64,000 nucleotides of DNA from Lama guanicoe. Taxonomy: Eukaryota. Below, one piece after another: positions 46,065 through 57,500 of the stretch. The translations under genes were made by a program, and so were the position numbers. The DNA lies in contig MU057102.1 in assembly GCA_013239625.1 (NCBI GenBank), positions 3,221,713 to 3,285,712 of the forward strand, written 5' to 3'. Positions within the stretch are counted from its first letter, which is position 1; each line of letters opens with the position of its first letter. Below the pieces are notes generated by a model. It did no database searches and was not told where the DNA came from. It saw only the letters and a list, made by a program, of their open reading frames with translations.

Positions 46065-46430
46065 TTGTTGTGGTTTAACTTGTGTCCCCTAAAAACTCGC
46101 ACGTTGAAACCCTAAGCCCCAGGGCCTTGGAAGTAGGGTTGTTGCAGAGGCAGGTAGGTAAACTGAATTCACACTGGAGTGGGGGCCCCGATCCCAAATG
46201 CTTGGGGTCCCTGTAACGGGGACTTTGGACACAGACACGGGGAGGGACGCCCTCACAGGCGAGGGAGTGGCAAGCAGCCAGGGCAGAGCCTGGAGCAGAC
46301 TTGCCTGCGCCCCCAGAGGGAGCACGGCCCCCAGAGCCAGGAGACCGTGTTTCGGCACCGCTTGTGGCGCTTGCACGGCTGCTCCGGGACACTCACCTAC
46401 GGCTTCACGGACGCCGCATCTGACTCTGTT
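46065..46430 (+). mobile_element. MLT1/MST-type solo LTR
   Basis: tgtggtttaacttgtgtcccctaaaaactcgcacgttgaaaccctaagcccc...ttggaagtaggg. Confidence 0.65.
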
Positions 46431-47549
46431 AATAAATGGAAATGAAAAACCAGAAAAACAAAGCCCACTTTGGTGCCCTTTTGGAGGGTGGAGTCCAGGG
46501 AGTGGGCATGGCCAGAGCAGCCAGCCAGAGGTCCTCGCGGCCCAGGCTGGCCTGTGCTCGGGCTCATCCCCGCGCAGCGTGCGGGGCGCCTGCTGCCTGC
46601 ATGACATGCCTGGGCCGGGAGGACACCCTGTGTGGCCCGCGTGCTAAGTGCAGAGGTGGGTTGGGACCAGGTGAGCAGGAGGGCCAGGCCTTGGGGGCCT
46701 GGGGGCCAGTGTGATGATTCTGGCCTCCGCCCTGCGGCCACCAGTTGCCCCTGGGGGCTGGAACCCTGTGGTTGCTTTCTGTTGAGGCCGAGTGGACGGG
46801 AAGGAACAGCCTAGCGACTGCACCCACCCGGGATGGCGGAGGTGGCTTGAGCCTCACAGGGGTGGAGGGGAGGGGAAGAGCCAGGGGAGGTCAGCCACAG
46901 AATGGCTGGCTTGGTTGCAGAGAAGGACCAGCATCCCTGGAGGTGAGGATGATGTGTTTGAAGTTCTTATCGCAGGAAAAGTGGAGCTGAGTCCTTTATC
47001 CTGCTTCCTCTGGCGTGGGTTCACCTGACACAGGAGGAGGGTTCCCTGGGGCCCGGGGGGTGGTCTGGTGCGTGTGCGTTGGATCTCAGAGGGCTGCTTC
47101 CTGTGCAGGGGCTGTGGTGGGAGTCGGAGGCCACCTGTGCTCCCGGAGACCGTGAGGAGCCCCAGCTGCCTGGCCTTCCTCAGTCCATGCAGTGGCTTGT
47201 GGGATAGAGCCCCTTTCCCTCCCCTCCCCTCCCCTCCCGGTCAGCAGGGCCGGTCAGTTTTTTCATGACTGGCATCTGCATCCCCCTTGGCACCCAGGCC
47301 TGGCTTTGCGCCTCTCTCCTGGTATCGCCTCAGCTTCCAGTGTTGGCTTCATTGGCACCCCTCCTGGGGGCTGCCCTGCCAGGGACGGGGTCCTGCTCCT
47401 GTCCTTCTTTGCACCTGCCACCAGCTGGCAGCATGACCCCGGGGCCAGGACGCTGTCCTGAGCTGCCCATCCTGGGCTCATCACGCTGCGTCTCAAGCAG
47501 GGATGGGCTGTGCGTTATGACCGTCCGTCCTGGTCATTCCATCTCCTGT

Positions 47550-47960
47550 GAGGGGAGCTGGCCTGGCCTTGTGTTCCCCTGAAGGATCTGCTCAAGTCCT
47601 GAACCTGGGACCTGTGAATGTGACCTTATTTGGAAACAAGGTCTTTGCAGATGTGGCTGAGATGTAAAAATCAAGATAAAGTCATACTGGGTTAGGGTGG
47701 ACCTCAGTCCAGTCACTGGTGTCCTTATAAGAGGAGATGCAGAGACAGGACACCCAGGGAGAAGGCCGTGTGCAGTGGGGGTGGAGGCTGGCATGGGGGT
47801 GCTGGCACAACCAAGGGACACCAAGGACTGCCGCCACGGCTCCCGCTGGAAGCTGGGGAGGGACAGGGGTGCCCCCTCGGAGCCCCAGGAACCATCCTGC
47901 TGACACCTTGACTTCTGACTTTTGGCCTCAGAACTGGGAGGAAATGGATTTGGGAGCTCT
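47550..47960 (+). mobile_element. MLT1B/C-type solo LTR
   Basis: acctgtgaatgtgaccttatttggaaacaaggtctttgcagatgt...actggtgtccttataagagg...ctgctgacaccttgacttctgacttttggcctcagaact. Confidence 0.85.
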
Positions 47961-48499
47961 GTGGTGGCAGCCCCGGGGAGCTGGTGCGCGGGGTTGTGAA
48001 TCTGTGATCGTCACTGCGAGTGGTGCGTCCCTACTCTGGGAGGGAGATCACAGTGCTGCACACGAGGGTCCGGTTCCTTCCACGCAGCCCCAGCCCCTAC
48101 CCCCTCGGAGGGCAGGGGTCCCCTCCACGCGGTCATGTTCCCGCAGCTGCCATGCCTGGTACGGGGCACCTGTCTGCCCGCTGGCCAGCTTGTGTTTGCG
48201 TTAAGCTGTTCTGTTGCATTTTCCTGCACTTCTTCCGTGGTCATGGGAGGGCCATTCCACCTGGCTGTGTGCTTCTTTAGGGCCACGTGTCCCCCCTGGT
48301 GTCCACCCTGACATGGAGCAGTGTCGGGGTCGGATCAGGACACGTGAGATGAGTGCTGGGTCTGACCCCAGTGCCCACGCAGGCTTTGGCCACTGTCCCC
48401 TTGAGCCCTGTCACAGACCCAGGACCCCATGACGTGCTGGCCACCTTGTCCTCCCGTGTCGTGGACGGGGCGGGGCCTCCGCGCTCGTCTTTTTTGACG

Positions 48500-48960
48500 G
48501 CCCTGCCGCTGCTGACTGCTGCTGATGCTTTGCGCAGCTCACCTTGCTTGTCTGACTTTCCTCACAGCTAATTCAGGGTCTCCGTTTCAGGCAGGAATCT
48601 AGGGTGTGGGAGGGCTGCTGTGTGCTGACCAGTGTGTCCCCAGTGCCACTTTGTCCCGGACTGGCCATGCCCGCCCCGGCTGCTCGGTGCCGTCAGGCCT
48701 CTCTGCTGTGCAGTCAGCACCTCCCTTTGTGATGAAGGAGTGTCTTGCCGGGAGATGCTCTGGGGCTGTGTGATACCTGCTTCTCCTCCTTCCACCCCCC
48801 GGTGTTAGCTTCATTGATGAATCTTGCCTGAAACATCATGGGATGTTTGTCAGGTGGTGATTAAAAACACACTGTCATTCCATCCACCTTTCTGAGTTGG
48901 CATCATACCCACAGGGAGAGCCTCCCCTCCCCCACTTCTCTATTTTTTCGGTTATTTACA
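48500..48960 (-). mobile_element. Old L1 (L1MC-like) fragment
   Basis: gtctgactttcctcac...ttcaggg...ggcaggaat...cattgatgaatcttgcctgaa resembles an L1MC 3' region. Confidence 0.4.
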
Positions 48961-50751
48961 TCTGAGTGGATTTGTGGGTCTCATTTTCCCTGGGGAGTAC
49001 GACCCACTTGCTGCCCCCTCTCTTGGCTCCCGGGCCCTGTCAGCACTTCCTGCACCGGTCCTGGACCTCTGGCACCTGGAGGTGCTCCAGTCTCTGCTGG
49101 TCCTTCCCCGCCCTGAGCCTGGAAATCAGCCAGCCCTCCAAGGATGTGGGCCTGTTTTGAAAGTAAACTACTACTTGTTTTGTAATTTTTTCAAATTTTG
49201 TTGTGACTGCTGTCACCTTTCTAGGATTATGTTGACTCCGGAGGGGGCGTCACAGGAGGGTCTCAGAGACCCTGAGGAGCCGGCACGGTGGGCAGAGGGC
49301 AGAAGAGGACGCTGCCCCCTCACCATCTGTTGGGGGCAGTGCGTGGCCGTTGTGGGCTGGCCTGTCCCACGTCGAGCTGAAGGGGCCCTTGTAACGCCCC
49401 TCTCCTGTGCGGGGCCCGAGTGGGTGTGTGCAGGGGCAGGAAGAACCTGGCTGAGCTGTGGGTGCCATTCCGTGGCCTGGCTGGCCCTGCCCATGACTTG
49501 GGCTGGTGGGGTGTCTGTGGCTGGCGGTGCCATGTGGCCCCCTGTGATTTGGCTCCCTGGCTCCAAACATGTTGAAGTAGAGCCCCTCATGGTACAGAGC
49601 TGCCCCTCGGGGGAGCTGGCTGGCTCTGGCCCTCCTGTCTGAGCCTTGGCGTCCCTGCTGTGCCCCTGTCCAGACGGTGGGGCCCTGGGAGTGCTGTCAG
49701 TGCTGAGCACACCAGGTGCTGAAGAGCTCGTGACTGGGCTTCAGACTAGGGGACATGGCCATGGACAGTGCTGACAGCAAGTGCCTCTCCTGGCCTCGAA
49801 TAGTCCCCTGCTGTGGATGGGGCCTGTGGTTGGGGCGCACGCCACCCGCGGGTCCACACGCTCCTGCTGACAGGGGGGCCCCATGCCGTCCCGCGTCTGC
49901 CCGGCGTGCGCCGAGGTGTGGTGTGACCATGGGTGCTCTGTCCTGCCCCTGTGTTTTCTGGAACACCTCCGTTTCCCGACCTGGGAGGATGCTGGCCTCA
50001 GGCCTGGTGTTTCAGAGCCACGCTGAGGAGGCCTGTCGATGCCAGCTGAGAGCACACGTGTGTGTTTTGGGAATGGAAGGTGTGCTGCGTCTTCTTAGCA
50101 TCTGTGGAAGTGTCGTACGGGTTCCTCCCGGATCTGCCGGTCTGTTTTGCGAATGCATTTCAGGACGCTGAGTGCTCCCTGAGGTCCTGGCAGGGGTCAC
50201 GGCAGGGTTCTGTTCTCATCCACACCGGGGCTTGGGGGCAGTGATGCTGCCCAGAGGGGGATGGTCGGTTTGAGGTGGGGCCTGGCACCTGCTGCATGCC
50301 GTCTGCCGTCTGCCTTGGACAGCCTGCTGGGCCCGAGGAGGCCTCTGGTGGCAGTTAGGAACCTAAACTGAAGGTTCCGGAGGTCCCCTCACTGCTCGAG
50401 TTTCATCTCCAAGAGCTCTTTTCCTTTCTCTCTAGGTGTTCCCTGTGCAGGGTGCTCTGACTGTGTTCTGTAGGCACACCACCTTCCCCTCTGAGGTGGG
50501 ATTGAGCATGCTGCTGAAGGCTTCGTCCTCCGGTGCCTGTGTCTCCAGGTTGCTGGGGTTTTCCTGTCCGTGTGGCCTCTGTCTACGGCTTCCTGGGCTG
50601 GTGGCCCTTGGCAGCTGCTCATAGGCAGCAGGGCCACCAGGGAGGGGTGAGGCTGTGTGTGGCGGTGGGGTGACCAGCTGCATGCAGACTCGGGGACTCT
50701 CCCTGTTGGTCTCTGTGGGGAGCTGGGTCCCTGGTGAGGCCAGTGCCCCTC

Positions 50752-50823
50752 CCTGCATCACCGCCCGCTGGGCCTGCTGCAGACCTGCATCACCGCCCGC
50801 TGGGCCTGCTGCAGACCTGCATC
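50752..50823. repeat. Perfect 32-bp tandem duplication (2.25 copies)
   Basis: CCTGCATCACCGCCCGCTGGGCCTGCTGCAGA twice, then CCTGCATC. Confidence 0.95.
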
Positions 50824-51447
50824 CCCCTTTCCTCTCCTGGGAGGAAGCCCCGCCTTGAGTTGAGGGCGGGGCCCTGGCCTGGCTGGCTGGAGCTGGGGAG
50901 GGGTGTTTAGCTGCTGCGCCCAGTGGCTGGCGGTCAGCAGCCAAGTGGGTCCAGGTGGTCCCTGGGGCGTCCCCACTGCTGGCTGAAGGTCTGCTTCCCA
51001 GTGGCTTTCTAGCTTCCGAGGTATCACAGGGCCTCCTCCCTGCTGTTTGGAGCAGGGGTCGGGAAGACCTCCCGTGTTGGTTCTCACCTGCGCCTATCAG
51101 CCAGACCCCTGCTTTCGTTCCATTTTCCAGGAGAGGACTCTAGTGGCAGTTTTAAAGCGGGAGAGCCTTTGTCAGGTAGGAAGACCAGGAACACTTGCAC
51201 GCGTGGAGCCGGCAGGTGAGTGTAGCCTTGGCCGGGTGGTTTTGCGCGTAGTCACGTGTGACAATTTCCCTTTAGCAAAAACCAGACATGAAGCTCTGAG
51301 GAGCCCTTGGGAATGGATCACTGATTTTTAAAACAAACGCAGCCTGGCGGGTTGGCTCGGACCTCGCAACAGCCTGGGCCTCCTGAAGCCCGATGTTGCA
51401 GAACCCTAGGGCCTGCTGGTGTGGACAGAGAACACAGGCCCTGGACC

Positions 51448-51525
51448 ATGGTCACCCTCATCACTGAGAAGCTGCAGAACCAGAGCCTGGACGACCTCAC
51501 CCACAAGAGCTACGATGCTGGCCCG
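51448..51525 (+). CDS. FAM53A: FAM53A first coding exon (exon probably starts at 51276)
   Basis: accATGg; MVTLITEKLQNQSLDDLTHKSYDAGP; donor gtaagc; acceptor ttccctttag at 51275. Confidence 0.93.
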
Positions 51526-54500
51526 GTAAGCTGCCCACCCCGGGGTTGGGGGACACTGCCCAAGCCGGGCTTCGGCCAGGTGGAAGGACATGGGGGACGC
51601 CAGGGAGCCATTTTCTAGGGTCATGTTACTGTGACCTTCAGGCCACCAGCCCCATCTGGTTGGATCATAGGCCCAGAGGAAGGCAGCGGAGTCTCTGCGC
51701 CTGCCTGATGCTGGGGGCCTGGCCCCAGGCGCCTGCGCCCAGAGCTTGGCCTGTGTGTCACCCATGGTCCACGAGGAAGGGGGCCACAGGCAGTTCTTTT
51801 TGTAAAGAGACCATGACGAGAAAACTCTGACCTATAATTCTGCCCATGGTGATGGAGAGGATTTTACTCTGGTGAAAGCCCCATGCGTCTCTGTCGGGAC
51901 GCACGTGTTGGGAGACAAGCCCCACGTGTTATGTGGGTGTTCACCGAACTCCTGGGGAGGCTCGCCGGCGGGCCCGCGTGGTCTCGGCACCGCGCGTGGG
52001 TGCACAGCCTTTGCTGGTAGCACCTGCTCTTCCTGACATTCACTTCTTGAAGACCAGGAATCACCTACGCAGTGAAATACACAAACGATTGTGTCTTTGA
52101 GCAAGGACTCCCCGTCACCTCTCTCACCTGTTTGATTTTGGGCTCGAGGCTCCCCGAGAGCAGGGATGGGGCTGTTCTGGATGCTGGGGGTGTTGAGGGG
52201 AGGCGGACGGTGAGCAGGGTGCCTGGGGGGTCACTGTGGCATGCTGGGAGAAGCAGAGTGGGTAGAGGGTGTTGAGAAGTGACGCAGGGCTGGATTTTGG
52301 TGGCACCGAAGCGGTGGGTGGTGAGCCGGATGGAGCCTGGGGAAGGGCCTCACAGGGTGCCTGTGCCAGGGGCCCTGTGGGGACAGGTGCTTGGCGTCCA
52401 TTCTCAGTGAGGGCGGGGCCAAAGCAGAAGCCACAATCCGGGTCAGGATAGCAGCCAACTTTGCTGCAGGGTGGGGAGCGGGGCCGGGGCCAGCGGCCGC
52501 CGTGCGGCCTCCAAAGGGTGCAGGGTGGAGGGGTGAGGGGGCAGGGGCGAGGTCAGGGAGGGTCACGTGCGGTGTGTGCCTCCGGCGTGTCCGTGTGCAC
52601 GGGTCCAGACTTGGGGTTGGTGCAAAGCTCAGCTTTCAAAACTCTTACGTTTAAGGGAGATTTTTCCAGTGAGGTATAATTTGCATACAGTGACGTGTGC
52701 AGATTGTGTTTGGTATTGAGTGGGTGACTTTTGCCAGCTGGGTACACAGTAACTTGGTCCCTGCCACACCACACGTCTCCGTTGCCCCGGGAAGGCCCCG
52801 TGGCCCCAGGTGGCTTGGCGGGTCCTGGAACGTTACAGAAGTGCTGTGGCACAGCACCTGCTCTTGGAGTCTGGCTTCTCCACTCGACGCGAACGCTTCT
52901 GGAATCTGCCATGTGGCTGGTGCTTCGGTGGTTGTTCCTTTGCCCTGTTTGCTGGACAGACGCTTGGGCTGTGTCCACGACTGGCTGTTAAGAACAGTGC
53001 CGCTGATGGCGTTTACGTGCCAGCTGTTTTGGGACGTCTGCTTCCACTTGTGGGGAAGGTCTGCCCAGCGTGTCCGCCAGCAGCACCTCAGCCTGTACTT
53101 TCTCCCGGTCAGGTGTGGTGTCTCCTTGCGGCTCTGACCTCACGGCCTTGACCAGTGAGGTCGGCACCATTTCCTGGGCTTACGGACGGTAGTGTGTCGT
53201 TTTTGGTGTCCTTTTGCTCCTTTTCCTGTGGGTGGTGTGCACTTCTTATGGTCTATATATCCTGGCTGTGAGTCTTTCTTCGGATGTGTGTTCTGCAGAT
53301 CTTTCCTCCTATCCTGTGGTTTGCCTTGTCCTTCTCTTAATGGTGTCTTTTGATGAAAAGAAATTCTAAATTTTAGCGTAGACGAATGTGTCCACGTGAG
53401 TGTTTTTTGTGTCCCACTTAAGACGTCTTTGCTGACCTGAGTCTGGAAGATACTCTCCTATGCTTTCTTCAGGAAGTGCTGCCGTTTTGCCCTTAGCTTG
53501 AAGCCCACACTCTCTGAACTGAAGTTCACGTGTGGGATGAAGCAGGTCAGGGTCGGACTTTCCTCGTCTTTTTGTGTGGATGTGTGGTCGGCCCCACACC
53601 CTTTTCAGAAACGTCTTTTCTCCATCACTGAGCATGGAGGGTTCCTGTGTTCTTATGTAACCCTAGCAGCAACCCTGCCATGTGTGTTCCATGGTCACTC
53701 CTGTCCTGGGTGGGGGATTCCAGGCTCACAGAGAGGAGCTGACCTGCCCTGGTCACAAGCTGGTCAGGGGAGCTGGATTCAAGGCCTGGTTTGACCAGCC
53801 TCAGCCCTTCCGCTTGGCTGTGCCCTGCACGTAGACCGAGGTGGAGCCTCTGTGAGTGTGGTGGGCCAGGCCTGCCTCAGCGTGAACCTGTGGCCTCAGC
53901 CCCTGCATGTCTCCAGCGAGTGTGCAGAGGCCACCTCGTCTGTCGGGGCTCCTTCGCACGAGGTGTCTTGTAGACTGGTCCCGGGAGTCGCCAGCACACA
54001 GCCCAGCGGCCATCCTCCCACAGAGGCCAGGGCCAGCCCTCCTCTGCTCTCATTGTGGCTCCGTCCAAAACCAGGGGTCCTGGGCTGTCCTACATGGCCC
54101 TTGCCTGTGTAGCTCTATGTTGGAACCTGGGCTCCTGTGTGGCGCCATTTGAGCTGGCCCAGTGGGCGCCTGCTAGGTGTGTGTCCCCACTTTGGTAGGA
54201 CGCTGCTACCTGCTGGGGACGCAGCCTGAGGGGGTGGGCTACGGTGTACATGAGAACATGGTCCCTGGTGCTCGTGTTGGGAGGGTGGCCCAGGGGAGGG
54301 CTGAGATCCCCAGGGCCAGGCGGGTTTGCAGCAACAAGGGTGTGGATTTCCATGGCGTTGTGGGCTCCGTGTTCACTGCAGGCTTTCTGTTCCTTGACAG
54401 AGCTGCTTTTTCATCGGCTCCATCTGACTGGGGCTCTCTGGTGGAGAACCTCATGGTCACCAGGTGCCCACGCTGGTGCCAGGCTCTTGACATCCTGTGC

Positions 54501-57500
54501 GACAAGGTCCCTGCTCTGCCCAGCCTGACTGTTGGCAGGCCTCTTTTTTCTGGGTGATGACCTAGCTTTTAACTTACTTTATGAGAAGCAACAAAGGATT
54601 TCCTTTTTTTTATCGTGACTTTGGAAATCCGATGAAACTGTCCCTGAGAAGCTAGACTCCATGACTGAGTCGTGTTGTGATGGAGAGGACTTGAGGGGCA
54701 GGAAAAGGTGAGCAGCCGTGACCGCACACGAGGTCAGGAGAGCGCGAGAAAGCAGACAGACAGACAGGCGTTGAGTGGCCTGCAGCTGCACGCAGCCCCT
54801 TCGTCTGATGGGCAGATTATGGCTGAGAAGAGAGCTGCGTGGGCTCGGGCGGGGCCCCATGGGCCGCTGCGCCCTGCAGCTGGCCACTCGCCAGAGGGAG
54901 GGGTCGGCCGTGTGGGCACCACGGGGGGAGGGCTTCCCGAAGAGCAGGACGGTCCTGGCGCCAGTGCGTATGCTGGGGACCTTTTTATGGCCTTTACTCA
55001 GTGAACATCGTGATGCTTCTAAGAATCTTGATTAAGAGAAAGACGTATTCCAGGGTCCATGCTGTTCTTTTTACTCATCACGAAACAGTGCTGGGAAAGT
55101 GCAGTTGATTGTGGTGAGAAAAACACCTGCCTGAACCGTTTCTGAATCAGCACGCGTGAGTCCACGGTACTGAAACTCCCTTCTTTTCACCTTCAGTGTT
55201 CTGCCGAGAATGTGAGCTCAACTGGCTGCTTGTTCCCTTTTGAGACCAACAGTAAGTGTTGAAAAGCCCCAGCAGGTCTTCCTGGGCTGCTGTGGCCTTG
55301 GACGCTGAGCCGGGGGCGCCAGTCTGCCGGGCGGAGGGGCACGGGAGGCCGCCTGTACAGCCTGGCTGCGCTGCGGCAGGGGGCCCGCAGCCGTCCTCCC
55401 CCTCCGCTGGCCTGCCGTCCGGGCCTGGCCAGGCCCCTCTCTCCTCTGGGCAGCAAAGTGGGTGGGGTCTGGGGCTGCTGTACCCTTTCTGGAAGGTGCC
55501 TGGCAGGGCCGAGCTGAAAGGGCCTCCTTTCAGATGGGGTCCTGCAGTCGCCAAAGGGCGGGAACAGGACGGTGTCAGGCAGTGTATGCGGAGCACACGC
55601 AGTCAGCGGTGGGTGTAGGGGGACCTCTGTGCCTGGACGGTGTGGGTCTGGGGCTCCCCCCTCCCTCCAGTGCACACCCCTCATGTGGGCCAGGAGGCCT
55701 AGCTGCTTGAGTATGAGTCCGTGAGAGTGAGTGTGAGAACTGCTGGCTCCTGTGATGCTCTGTGGCTGGTGTCCATGGTCAGAGTGGGGTGATTTCAGGT
55801 GGGACAGCCTGAGTTGCGTCCAGGTCCTCCCCTGCAGCCCTGCTCACAGTTGTGGTGATGCTGTACTAGCTGCTCTCTGGGCTGCTCGGTGCAGGCTTCC
55901 CTAAGCTCTCCAGTGACCGGATGGGAGGAGGAGGTGTGGGCCACGCTCCTGAGTGCCATGTCTCTCTCCCACAGGGGGCCAGTCCGGGCTCAGAGCCCCT
56001 TGGGCTGCCCCCAGGCCCACAGATCTCTGCTCTCCCCTCTGACTGACCAACCCTTCTTCAACCCCAGGGTCACCCCGGGGCCTTTGTTCGTGCGTCTCCC
56101 TGCCCGGGCCTGGCCTCCTCCCAGGGTCCTCTGGCCTCTGTGCCAAGGCCCCTCGCCTGGTGGTGACGCACAGCAGTAACCAGCACAGGGCTGCTGGACA
56201 CCCTCTAGGCCAGGTTAGCAGGGGATCTGGACTTCCACCAGCCCCAGACCTGCTCCCAGGCTGCCCCGTTCACTCAGGTGCCGTCATGTGCGAGCATCAA
56301 CTGCTGACTCCTGGATGCTCGGCCTCTTGTCTGACCCTCACGCCCCTGAGGTTCAATGGCGAGGAAGCGGAAGCTGCAGTGTCAGGGTCTCTGTCCCAGC
56401 AGGATCCCCACCGCGGTGTGCCCTGTGGCTGTGCAGGGCGGGGAGAAGGGAGGAATTCGCTACTCCCGGCGCGGTGCGAAGAGCCCCCCTCGGCGCCCGT
56501 GAGCTTATCTGGGCGCACCCCAAGGCCAGGCAGGGGCCACAGGTGCAAGGAGGATGTGCCTGGGCCCTCCTCACCCGTCTCTTCTTCGTGTTTCCTCAGA
56601 AGACAAGCACCCCTGGAAGGTCGTCAGCAGAGGACCGCCCGTCGGAAGCCAGGCGGCCGCGGGCCCCACCGTCCCCCTCTCGCCCAGCAGCCTGGGCGCC
56701 GTGAGCGCCCGGGACCTCAGGGAGCCTGGGGGGCCGCCCTCGGCACCGCCCACCAAACGGCACTGTCGGTCCCTGTCGGAGCCGGATGAGCTGGCGCGCT
56801 GCCGTTCCCAGTGGCGCCCGGGCGGCTCCAAGGTCTGGACTCCGGTCTCCAAGAGGCGGTGCCACAGCGGCGGGAGCGCCACGCTGCAGGGCAGCCCGAG
56901 CGCCGGCCCATCCCGGAGCGCCTGGTCGCCGGGCCACGCCCTGCCTGCGGCCGGCCCCACCTCGCCCCCCGCGCCCCGGCCGGCCTCGGCCAGCAGCGGC
57001 TTCTTGGACTTCGGCGACAGCAGCTTAGGCCCGGCCTGGCGACCCGCGGGCCCTTGTGCGCTGCCCCCGCGACGCCGCCTGTCCCTCTCGCAGGAGCACC
57101 TGGCGGCGGCGGCGGCGGGCGCGGCCCCGCCCTCGGCCGGCAGCTCGCCCACGTCCACGCCCCGGCTGGGCCGCAGGCGGGGCCTGCTCCGGTGCCGCTC
57201 GCAGCCGTGCGTGCGCGCGGGCGGGAAGAGCCGGCTGAAGCGCAGGCGCGAGGAGGACCGCTGGCCGCGCCCGTCCCTGGACTTCCTGAAAATGACCCGG
57301 GTGAGGCTTCCTCTCGGCCCTCTGGGCGCCGCCGCCGCCGCCGCCGCAGGGCGGTTCTGGGGCCAGGTGGGGCGGGCCGGGACGCGGGGCGGGCGCCGTG
57401 GTCTCCGCGCTCGCGTGGGCGGTGGCAGCGGGGCGATGCGCTCGGTCCTCTGCGCCGGCGTCCTCGCCGCACAAGCCTGGGTGGAGTGGGAGCCTGAACT

